Positions 51,349-64,000 of a stretch of DNA of 64,000 bases are shown piece after piece. Made by a program: the position numbers and the translations under genes. The notes under the pieces were generated by a model. That model ran no database searches and was not told the origin of the DNA. It saw nothing but the letters and a program-made list of their open reading frames with translations. The DNA lies in contig NZ_CAMEFG010000017.1 of NCBI RefSeq assembly GCF_945915435.1, positions 1,852-65,851 of the forward strand. The letters are read 5' to 3'. This DNA comes from an uncultured Paracoccus sp. (GTDB lineage: Bacteria > Pseudomonadota > Alphaproteobacteria > Rhodobacterales > Rhodobacteraceae). Every line of letters begins with the position of its first letter. The stretch's first letter is position 1.

Positions 51349-52103
51349 CAAGCCTCACTTTGAAAGAAGATGTCGGCCGCCGGGATGGCGCGACGCCCCG
51401 AGGCGGTCGCAAGGATCAGCGCACCGCTGTCGTCAACGCCTTCGAAGACGCCTTGTTCCTGATAACTGCCCATGCGGGCGATGATTTCCTGGCCCAGCCG
51501 TGCGGCGCGCGCGATCCAGGCGTTGCGGATCGGGGCAAAGCCCCAAGTCTCGAACTGGTGCTGCCAATGGGCGAAGGCGGGGGCCAGCAGGTCCAGGAAT
51601 TCGTCGGGGGCGACCCGGTGGCCGGTTTCCTGCGCGAAGGACACGGGGCGCACGGCGCCCTCTTCGACCTGCGCGGCATCGGGCGCGGCGGCAAGGTTGA
51701 CGCCGATCCCCACAGCGACCACGCCACCCGTCCCCGCGCTTTCCAGCAGGATGCCCGCGACCTTGCCGCCGTTCAGCAGCACATCGTTGGGCCATTTGAT
51801 CGCCAGCCGCGCCGCCGGACCCGCCGCCAGCGTCAGCGCATCGTAAAGCGCCAGCGCCGCGACGAAGGAAAGCTGCGCCGCCGCCGTCAGCCCGCCCTTG
51901 GGCCGCAGCACCAGCGTCGCGGCGAAATTTCCAACGGGCATGGTCCAGCCCCGACCACGCCGGCCCCGGCCAAGGGTTTGTTCGTAAGCCATGATCCAGG
52001 CCGGGCCGGACAGCGAGGGGGCAAGGCGCAACGCCTCGTCATTGGTGCTCGAGGCACGCGCCAGCACATGCCTGCCCACCCCGTCGGGCCATTGCTCAGT
52101 CAA
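51348..52103 (-). CDS. birA: Biotin--protein ligase (no HTH)
   Basis: [35 protein letters not shown]. Confidence 0.93.
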   Translation of the reverse strand: MTEQWPDGVGRHVLARASSTNDEALRLAPSLSGPAWIMAYEQTLGRGRRGRGWTMPVGNFAATLVLRPKGGLTAAAQLSFVAALALYDALTLAAGPAARLAIKWPNDVLLNGGKVAGILLESAGTGGVVAVGIGVNLAAAPDAAQVEEGAVRPVSFAQETGHRVAPDEFLDLLAPAFAHWQHQFETWGFAPIRNAWIARAARLGQEIIARMGSYQEQGVFEGVDDSGALILATASGRRAIPAADIFFQSEA

Positions 52104-53562
52104 GTGAAACCGGCGCCTGCAAGCCCGCCGTCAGCGAGTGGGCGGCATCCTGCGCCGCGCGCTCGACCCCGAACATCGAGATCGCACCGATCACCATGAT
52201 CGCCGCCGCGCCCAGCAGGGCCGCATATTGCACCCCGCCCATGCGGCTTTCCAGCACCTCGCCCTTTTCGCCGAAATACATGTAATAGACGATACGCAGG
52301 TAATAGTAGGCGCTGATGACGGATGAGATCACGCCCAGAACCGCCAGCCAGGTCATGCCCGCATCGACAGCCGCCGTCAGCACCCCGAACTTGGCGAAGA
52401 AGCCCAGCATCGGCGGCACGCCCGCAAGGCTGAACATCAGGACCAGCAGGGCGGCGGCCTTCACCGGCTGATGGCTGGCGAACTGGTTCAGCGAGGTCAG
52501 CTCGGTCACCGGGACGCCGTCGCGCTCCATCGACAGGATGAAGGCGAAGGTGCCGACGTTCATCACCGTGTAGATGGCCATGTAAAGCAGCATGTTCTGC
52601 AAGCCGAAGGCCGTGCCCGCCGCCAGCCCCATCAGCGCAAAGCCCATATGCGCGATCGAGGAATAGGCCATCAGGCGCTTGATGTTGCGCTGGCCGATCC
52701 CGGCGACGGCGCCCCAGAACATCGACAGGACCGCCAGCAGCGCCAGGATCTGCGACCAGTCGCCCGGCACATGCCCGAAGGCCGCAAACAGCAGCCGCGC
52801 GAACAGGGCCATCGCGGCGACCTTGGGGGCGGTCGCGAAAAAGGCGGTGACCGGCGTGGGTGCGCCCTCGTAGACGTCGGGCGTCCACATGTGGAAGGGC
52901 ACGGCCGAGACCTTGAAGGCCAGCCCGACCATCATGAATACCAGCCCGAACAACAGGCCGATGGGCATCTGACCCTGTTGGATCGTGCCGATGATGCCCT
53001 GGAAATTCGTGGTGCCCGCAAAGCCGTAGACCAGCGTCATGCCGTAAAGCAGCATCCCCGAACTCAGCGCGCCAAGGACGAAATACTTCAGCCCGGCCTC
53101 GGACGAACGCAGGCTGTCGCGGCGGAAGGCGGCGATGACGTAAAGCGCCAACGATTGCAGTTCCAGCCCCATGTAGAGCGTCAGCAGGTCGCCCGCCGAG
53201 ACCATCACCATCATGCCGGTGGCGGCCAGTGCGACCAGGATCGGAAACTCGAACCGCATCATGCGGTTGCGGCCCATGTATTCGGCGCTCATCCCCAGGA
53301 CCGAGGCGGCGCCGACCAGCACGACCACCTTTGCGAAACGGGCGAATGCGTCATCGACGAACATCGCGAAGAAGGCCGTCCGTTCCGGCTGGTCGCGCAG
53401 GCCGACCAGCAGCGCCAGCGCCAGCAGGGCCGCGACCGTGACCCACAGGATCGGGCGCGCCAGCCGGTCCTTGCCGAAGAAGGCCCCGGCCATCAGCGCG
53501 GCCATCGCATAGACCGCCAGCAGGAACTCGGGCAGAATGGTCGTGAAATCGAGCGAAGTCAT
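52096..53562 (-). CDS. nuoN: NADH-quinone oxidoreductase subunit N
   Basis: [32 protein letters not shown]. Confidence 0.96.
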   Translation of the reverse strand: MTSLDFTTILPEFLLAVYAMAALMAGAFFGKDRLARPILWVTVAALLALALLVGLRDQPERTAFFAMFVDDAFARFAKVVVLVGAASVLGMSAEYMGRNRMMRFEFPILVALAATGMMVMVSAGDLLTLYMGLELQSLALYVIAAFRRDSLRSSEAGLKYFVLGALSSGMLLYGMTLVYGFAGTTNFQGIIGTIQQGQMPIGLLFGLVFMMVGLAFKVSAVPFHMWTPDVYEGAPTPVTAFFATAPKVAAMALFARLLFAAFGHVPGDWSQILALLAVLSMFWGAVAGIGQRNIKRLMAYSSIAHMGFALMGLAAGTAFGLQNMLLYMAIYTVMNVGTFAFILSMERDGVPVTELTSLNQFASHQPVKAAALLVLMFSLAGVPPMLGFFAKFGVLTAAVDAGMTWLAVLGVISSVISAYYYLRIVYYMYFGEKGEVLESRMGGVQYAALLGAAAIMVIGAISMFGVERAAQDAAHSLTAGLQAPVSLD

Positions 53563-53572
53563 AACCGCCCCC

Positions 53573-55108
53573 TTACTCGCTGGCTGCCGCCGCATCCGCG
53601 ACGGGCTGGCTGTCTTGATAATGGTCGATCAGCGCGGTCACGGCCGGGCCGGTGATGTCGGTGACAAGGCGCGGATAGACGCCCAGCAGCAGGGTCATCA
53701 CGATCAGCGGCACGAAGATCCACCGCTCGCGTGCGGTCATGTCGCTGATGGTTTTCAGGCTTTCCTTGACCAGCGCCCCAAGCGTCACCCGGCGATAGAG
53801 CCACAGCGCATAAGAGGCCGACAGGATCACGCCCGAGGTCGCCACCACCGCCACCCATGTATTGACGCGGAAGGCCCCGAGCAGCGTCAGGAACTCGCCC
53901 ACGAAACCCGAGGTGCCGGGCAGGCCGACATTGGCCATAGTGAAGAACATGAAAACCAGCGCATAGACCGGCATCCGGTTGGCCAGACCGCCATAGGCGT
54001 CGATCTCGCGCGTGTGCATCCGGTCGTAGATCACGCCGACGCCCAGAAACAGCGCGCCCGAGATGAAGCCGTGCGACAGCATCTGGAAGATCGCGCCATC
54101 GACGCCGGGCTGGTTCATGGCAAAAATGCCCAGCGTGACGTAACCCATATGCGCGACCGAGGAATAGGCGATCAGCTTCTTCATGTCGGTCTGCGCCAGG
54201 GCCACAAGCGAGGTGTAGACGATGGCGATGGCCGACAGCCAGAAGACATAGGGCTGCGCGATACCGCTGGCGACCGGGAACATCGGGATCGAAAAGCGCA
54301 GGAAGCCGTAGCCGCCCATCTTGAGCAGCACCGCCGCCAGCACGACCGAACCGGCGGTCGGCGCCTGGACGTGGGCGTCGGGCAGCCAGGTATGGACCGG
54401 CCACATCGGCATCTTGACGGCGAAGCTGGCGAAGAAGGCCAGGAACAGCAGCATCTGCACGCCGCCCATGATCGTGACGCCAAGGACGCTGAACGTGTCC
54501 GATCCGAACTCGAAGGTCAGCAGCGTCGGAATGTCGGTCGTGCCCGCGATGCGATACATCGACACCATTGCGACCAGCATCAGCACCGAACCGAGGAAGG
54601 TATAGAGGAAGAACTTGAACGCCGCATAGATGCGGTTCGCGCCCCCCCAGATGCCGATGATCAGGAACATCGGGATCAGCCCGGCCTCGAAGAACAGGTA
54701 GAACAGGACCAGGTCCAGCGCGGTGAAGACGCCGATCATCAGCCCTTCCAGCACCAGGAAGGCGATCATGTATTCCTTGACGCGGGCCTTGACCTCCCAC
54801 GCGGAAAGGATGGTCAGCGGCATCAGGAAGGTCGTCAGCATGACGAACAGGACCGAGATGCCGTCCACGCCCATCTTGTAGCGCAGGCCCATGATCCATT
54901 CGCGGTCCTCGACGAACTGGAAGCCGGTGTCCTGTGCATCGAAGCCGAACAGCACGACCAGCGAGACCAGGAAGGTCGCCGTCGTCGCGATCAGCGCCAG
55001 CCATCTGGCATTGCGCGCCGCCGCCTCGTCCTCGCCCCGCAGCAGGACGGCCATGATCGCCGCCGCGACGATGGGCAGGAAGGTGATGATGGAAAGAAGG
55101 TGCGTCAT
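53573..55108 (-). CDS. nuoM: NADH-quinone oxidoreductase subunit M
   Basis: [29 protein letters not shown]. Confidence 0.96.
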   Translation of the reverse strand: MTHLLSIITFLPIVAAAIMAVLLRGEDEAAARNARWLALIATTATFLVSLVVLFGFDAQDTGFQFVEDREWIMGLRYKMGVDGISVLFVMLTTFLMPLTILSAWEVKARVKEYMIAFLVLEGLMIGVFTALDLVLFYLFFEAGLIPMFLIIGIWGGANRIYAAFKFFLYTFLGSVLMLVAMVSMYRIAGTTDIPTLLTFEFGSDTFSVLGVTIMGGVQMLLFLAFFASFAVKMPMWPVHTWLPDAHVQAPTAGSVVLAAVLLKMGGYGFLRFSIPMFPVASGIAQPYVFWLSAIAIVYTSLVALAQTDMKKLIAYSSVAHMGYVTLGIFAMNQPGVDGAIFQMLSHGFISGALFLGVGVIYDRMHTREIDAYGGLANRMPVYALVFMFFTMANVGLPGTSGFVGEFLTLLGAFRVNTWVAVVATSGVILSASYALWLYRRVTLGALVKESLKTISDMTARERWIFVPLIVMTLLLGVYPRLVTDITGPAVTALIDHYQDSQPVADAAAASE

Positions 55109-55109
55109 G

Positions 55110-57233
55110 TCAGTGCGTGCCTCGCATCATCACCCAGATCAGCAAGCCCACGATGCCAAGAACCATCGCGAAGGCGTAATGGAACAGATAGCCCGACTGC
55201 ATCCGCCCGGCGAAACGGGTCAGGCGCGGGATGATTCCCATCGCCATTCCGTTGATGGCGCCGTCGATAACCGCTCCGTCGCCGCCCGTCCACAGCTTGC
55301 GGCCGATCCACAGCGCGGGGCGCACGAAGATGAAGTGATAGATCTCGTCGAAATACCATTTGTTGAGCAGGAAGGCATAGAGAACCCGCTGCTGCGCAGC
55401 CAGCTTCGCCGGAAACTCGGGGCGGCGGATGTAGAAGACCCAGGCAAGCCCCAGCCCCAGCAGCATGGCCACGAAGGGCGAGAATTTCACCCAGGCGGGC
55501 ACGTAATGCGCATCATGCAGGACATGGTTGTCGGGGTGCATGTAGATCGCGCCGGGGGTGACGGCGATCGGCGCCGCTTCCTCAGCCGGGTCGCTCGCGG
55601 CACCGGCGTCGGCATGCAGCGCGGCACCCTCGGGTTCGGCAGGCGCGTCCTGCGCGACGGAACCGTCCAGCGCGGCGCCACCCGCGCCCGCGTCATGGGT
55701 CGCCGCGGCCTCGATCCCGAAGAAACCGCCGACGCTTTCTTCCTGACCGAAGAAGCTGTTGTACCAGACCATCCCCGAAAACACCGCGCCCAGCGCCAGG
55801 ACGCCAAGCGGGATCAGCATGACCGGCGGGCTTTCATGGGCATGTTCATGCGCATGATGGTCGCCGCGCGGCTTGCCCCAGAAGGTCAGGAACATCAGCC
55901 GCCAGGAATAGAAGCTGGTCATGAAGGCCGCGATCACCAGCATCCAGAAGGCGTAGCCGACGCCCGAGGCATAGGCGCTTTCGATCACCGCATCCTTGGA
56001 CAGGAAACCGGCGAAACCGATATGGGTCAGCGGAATGCCGACGCCGGTGATGGCCAGCGTGCCGATCAGCATCGCCCAGAAGGTCAGGGGGATCTTCTTG
56101 CGCAGGCCGCCATAGTTGCGCATGTCCTGTTCGTGATGCATCGCGTGGATGACCGAGCCGGCGCCCAGGAAAAGCATCGCCTTGAAGAAGGCATGGGTGA
56201 ACAGGTGGAACATCGCCACCGAATAGACGCCCACGCCCGCCGCCACGAACATGTAGCCAAGCTGCGAACAGGTCGAATAGGCGATCACGCGCTTGATGTC
56301 GTTCTGCACCAGCCCGACCGTGGCCGCGAAAAAGGCCGTGGTTGCGCCGATGATGACGATGAACATCTTGGCCTCGGGCGCGAATTCGTAAAGCGGCGAC
56401 ATCCGGCAGACCAGGAACACCCCCGCCGTCACCATCGTCGCGGCGTGGATCAGGGCGGACACCGGCGTCGGGCCTTCCATCGCATCGGGCAGCCATGTGT
56501 GCAGGAAAAGCTGGGCCGATTTGCCCATCGCGCCGACAAACAGCAGAAATGCCAGCAGGTTCGCCGCGTTCCAGTCGCGCCACAGGAAATGGATGTCGGT
56601 CTGCGCAAGCTGCGGCACCTGGGCGAAGATCTCGTCGAACCGGACCGAGCCGGTCAGCCACCAGATCCCGAAGATCCCCAGCAGAAAGCCGAAATCGCCC
56701 ACCCGGTTGACGATGAAGGCCTTCATCGCGGCCGCGTTGGCGCTGGCCTTCTTGTAGTAGAAGCCGATCAGCAGATACGAGGCGACGCCCACCCCTTCCC
56801 AGCCGAAGAACATCTGAAGAAGATTGTCGGCCGTCACCAGCATCAGCATGGCAAAGGTGAAGAAGGACAGGTAGGCGAAGAACCGCGCCTTGTAATGCTC
56901 GCCCTCGGTCCAGTTGTCGTCATGGGCCATGTAGCCCAAGGAATAGAGGTGAACCAGCGCCGAAACGCTGGTCACCACGATCAGCATGATGGCCGTCAGC
57001 CGGTCCAGCCTGATCGACCATTCCGACACGAAATCGCCCGTCACGATCCAGTCCAGCACCGGCACGATGCGGGTCTGGCCGTCGAAGCCCAGAAAGATGA
57101 CCCAGGACAGCAGGCAGCACAGGAACAGGATACCCGTCGTCAGGTATTGCGCGGCTTTCTCACCGATCAGGCGCCAGCCGAAACCCGCGATCAGCGCCCC
57201 GACGAGGGGGGCGAAAAGGACGATCGTTTCCAT
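55110..57233 (-). CDS. nuoL: NADH-quinone oxidoreductase subunit L
   Basis: [31 protein letters not shown]. Confidence 0.96.
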   Translation of the reverse strand: METIVLFAPLVGALIAGFGWRLIGEKAAQYLTTGILFLCCLLSWVIFLGFDGQTRIVPVLDWIVTGDFVSEWSIRLDRLTAIMLIVVTSVSALVHLYSLGYMAHDDNWTEGEHYKARFFAYLSFFTFAMLMLVTADNLLQMFFGWEGVGVASYLLIGFYYKKASANAAAMKAFIVNRVGDFGFLLGIFGIWWLTGSVRFDEIFAQVPQLAQTDIHFLWRDWNAANLLAFLLFVGAMGKSAQLFLHTWLPDAMEGPTPVSALIHAATMVTAGVFLVCRMSPLYEFAPEAKMFIVIIGATTAFFAATVGLVQNDIKRVIAYSTCSQLGYMFVAAGVGVYSVAMFHLFTHAFFKAMLFLGAGSVIHAMHHEQDMRNYGGLRKKIPLTFWAMLIGTLAITGVGIPLTHIGFAGFLSKDAVIESAYASGVGYAFWMLVIAAFMTSFYSWRLMFLTFWGKPRGDHHAHEHAHESPPVMLIPLGVLALGAVFSGMVWYNSFFGQEESVGGFFGIEAAATHDAGAGGAALDGSVAQDAPAEPEGAALHADAGAASDPAEEAAPIAVTPGAIYMHPDNHVLHDAHYVPAWVKFSPFVAMLLGLGLAWVFYIRRPEFPAKLAAQQRVLYAFLLNKWYFDEIYHFIFVRPALWIGRKLWTGGDGAVIDGAINGMAMGIIPRLTRFAGRMQSGYLFHYAFAMVLGIVGLLIWVMMRGTH

Positions 57234-57237
57234 CTGG

Positions 57238-57630
<393 letters not shown>

Positions 57631-58229
57631 CTAAAGCCCCTGCCCCGGTTTGACGTCCTTCAACTCCATCGCCTTGGCGGGGTCGCGCCACATCTGTTCC
57701 AGCACGTTCTGGCGCTTGACGTCCTTGCGGTGGCGCATGGTCAGCACGATCGCCCCGATCATCGCGACCAGCAGGATCAGCCCGGCGATCTGGAAGGGCA
57801 GGATATAGCGGTCATAGATCAGCATCCCCAGCCCATGCGTGTTCTGCACGGATTCGATGACGGGCGCGGCGCGCAGGCCCTCGGCCTGCTCGGAACTGGT
57901 CCAGCCCGAAAAGGCGATCCAGAGCTGCGCCAGAAGCACGCAGGCGATGATCAGCCCCAAGGGCAGATAACGGGCCAACTCGCCCCGCAGCCGGGCGAAA
58001 TCGACGTCCAGCATCATCACGACAAAGACGAAAAGCACCGCCACCGCGCCGACATAGACCACGACCAGCAGCATCGCCACGAATTCGGCCCCTTGCAGCA
58101 CGAACAGCCCCGCGGCGGAAAAGAAGGCCAGGATCAGCCACAGCACCGAATGGACCGGGTTGCGCGACATGACCGTCATGAAACCGGCGACGCAGGCGCA
58201 AATCGCGAAAAGATAAAAGGCGAATGCGA

Positions 58230-58233
<4 letters not shown>
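57631..58233 (-). CDS. nuoJ: NADH-quinone oxidoreductase subunit J
   Basis: [31 protein letters not shown]. Confidence 0.95.
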
Positions 58234-59140
<907 letters not shown>

Positions 59141-59179
59141 CTATGGCATGAGCCGTGGCTGGCTTGCAGGAATACATCA

Positions 59180-60235
<1,056 letters not shown>

Positions 60236-60238
60236 TTA

Positions 60239-61012
60239 TCACGACGCGGGAATGCCGCGCGCCTTGCACTCTTGCAAGGTCTGGTCCGTATCCATCACTC
60301 GCAGCCCCAGCGGGCGGCTGTCGGAAAGCGTGAAGACCGCCCCCAGCTGCACCTCGCCGCGCTGCCGCTTCTGCTCTGTCATGACGTGGCGGGCAAAGCC
60401 GGTTCCGTTCGCATCGGCCCAGCCTGCCAATGCGCATGTGGCATAGGCGAAGGCGATGTTGGCGTCCACCCCCCGGCGCAAATTCGCCCGCACGGTGACC
60501 AGCCCGCTGTCGGCTTCGCCGCCATCCGGGCGGGTCAGCCCCTCGACGCTGGCGCCGCGGAAGATATCGGCGTCGGCCTTGAAACCGGTTGGCAGTTCGG
60601 GCAGCAGCGGGCGCGTTCGCGCGGCGAATTCCGCCATCGCGCGTTCGCGCGCCGTCATCCGTTCCGCGCGGGTGCCGCTGATGTCGGGCATGCCGGTCAG
60701 GTCCAGCGACAGGTTGGCGTTCAGCGCCATCAGGTCGGCCTCGCTGATCGCGAAGGGGTCAGGCACCTCGCCCTCCAGCGAGAATTCAGTCACCGAGCCA
60801 TCCGGTTCCAGAATCAGGATATCGCCAGACTTGGTCGAGATCTGCGCCCGCGTCAGCCGCCCGATGCCGGGCCTGTCGGTCACCGGCTGGACGAAGTTGA
60901 CCACCAGTTGGTCGGGCTTGGCGCGGGGACGCTGATCCGCGCCCTTGCCCGCGCATCCGGCCAGCAGGGCCGCCGCCATCAACAGGATCGTATTGCGCAG
61001 ACCCGAACGCAT
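60239..61012 (-). CDS. Hypothetical lipoprotein within the nuo operon
   Basis: Lipobox LLAGC; C-terminal AYATCALAG...CKARGIP Cys pair; 4 bp after the nuoG stop. Confidence 0.7.
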   Translation of the reverse strand: MRSGLRNTILLMAAALLAGCAGKGADQRPRAKPDQLVVNFVQPVTDRPGIGRLTRAQISTKSGDILILEPDGSVTEFSLEGEVPDPFAISEADLMALNANLSLDLTGMPDISGTRAERMTARERAMAEFAARTRPLLPELPTGFKADADIFRGASVEGLTRPDGGEADSGLVTVRANLRRGVDANIAFAYATCALAGWADANGTGFARHVMTEQKRQRGEVQLGAVFTLSDSRPLGLRVMDTDQTLQECKARGIPAS

Positions 61013-61016
61013 TTCC

Positions 61017-63521
<2,505 letters not shown>

Positions 63522-63525
<4 letters not shown>

Positions 63526-63929
63526 CGCGCCACCAGAAAGGTCGCGATATAGGAGTTGTTCGCGAATTCCTGCTGCCCGACGCGGCAGAAGCTTTGCGGA
63601 TCGCCCTCGCGCGCGCCCTGCCGGGTCAGGTAGTCCTCGGCCACGGCATAGATGCGGCGCTTGTCCTCCTTGCTGTCAAGGAAGGTGTCGATCTGCGCTT
63701 CCGAATAGCCCTTGTTGCGGGCGTAGCTTTTCAATGCGCGGGCCTGATTCCATGCGTAAACCATGCGCGCATTATAACCCGGACATTCGCGGCGGATACG
63801 GTCGGCGATACGCGCGGCGATCAGGCGGTCGTTGATGTATTTTTCCTGTGACAGCGGTTCAAGCGCGGCGGCGGGGCTGCCGACGGCCATCACGGCGGCC
63901 AGCGCGGCGGGGATCAGTCGTTTCATCAT
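63522..63929 (-). CDS. DUF5333-like exported protein
   Basis: Signal peptide, IADRIRREC...ARNKGYS..I..F...C.VG; GGAGG RBS. Confidence 0.7.
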
Positions 63930-64000
63930 GGCAAAAGCCTCCGGTTGGTTATGCCCGAAGACATAACGCCGAAGCGCGCGATTTGCGCGACACGACCCCG

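Overview
GC-rich alphaproteobacterial chromosomal segment (Rhodobacteraceae, most likely Paracoccus, inferred from gene order and protein sequences), almost entirely core genome. It holds pyrE-dnaB, a RamB/PccR-type XRE regulator, an M23 peptidase-bactofilin pair, coaD, LysR/mmsA, the distal division cluster (ftsW-murG-murC-murB-ddl-ftsQAZ-lpxC-bamD-recN), an uncharacterised P-loop NTPase coupled to metA, and a two-piece (permuted) tmRNA. Further along are proA, a WYL regulator/GST pair, glcDEF with its GntR regulator, folK-rpoZ-rsh with a divergent NYN gene, a divergent davA/davB-like lysine monooxygenase pair, aroA-trmB-rnj-coaX-birA and the distal nuoG-N operon with interspersed unknown ORFs. 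I saw no transposase, integrase, prophage, CRISPR array or defence island. The signals most worth following up are a two-copy ~55-bp REP/REPIN-like palindrome with a conserved internal asymmetry, the NTPase-metA coupling, the divergent davAB module, an orphan 2H-phosphoesterase converging on rsh, and putative PccR-type boxes upstream of both the regulator and mmsA. All product calls come from motif recognition without database searches, and start codons were chosen by eye.
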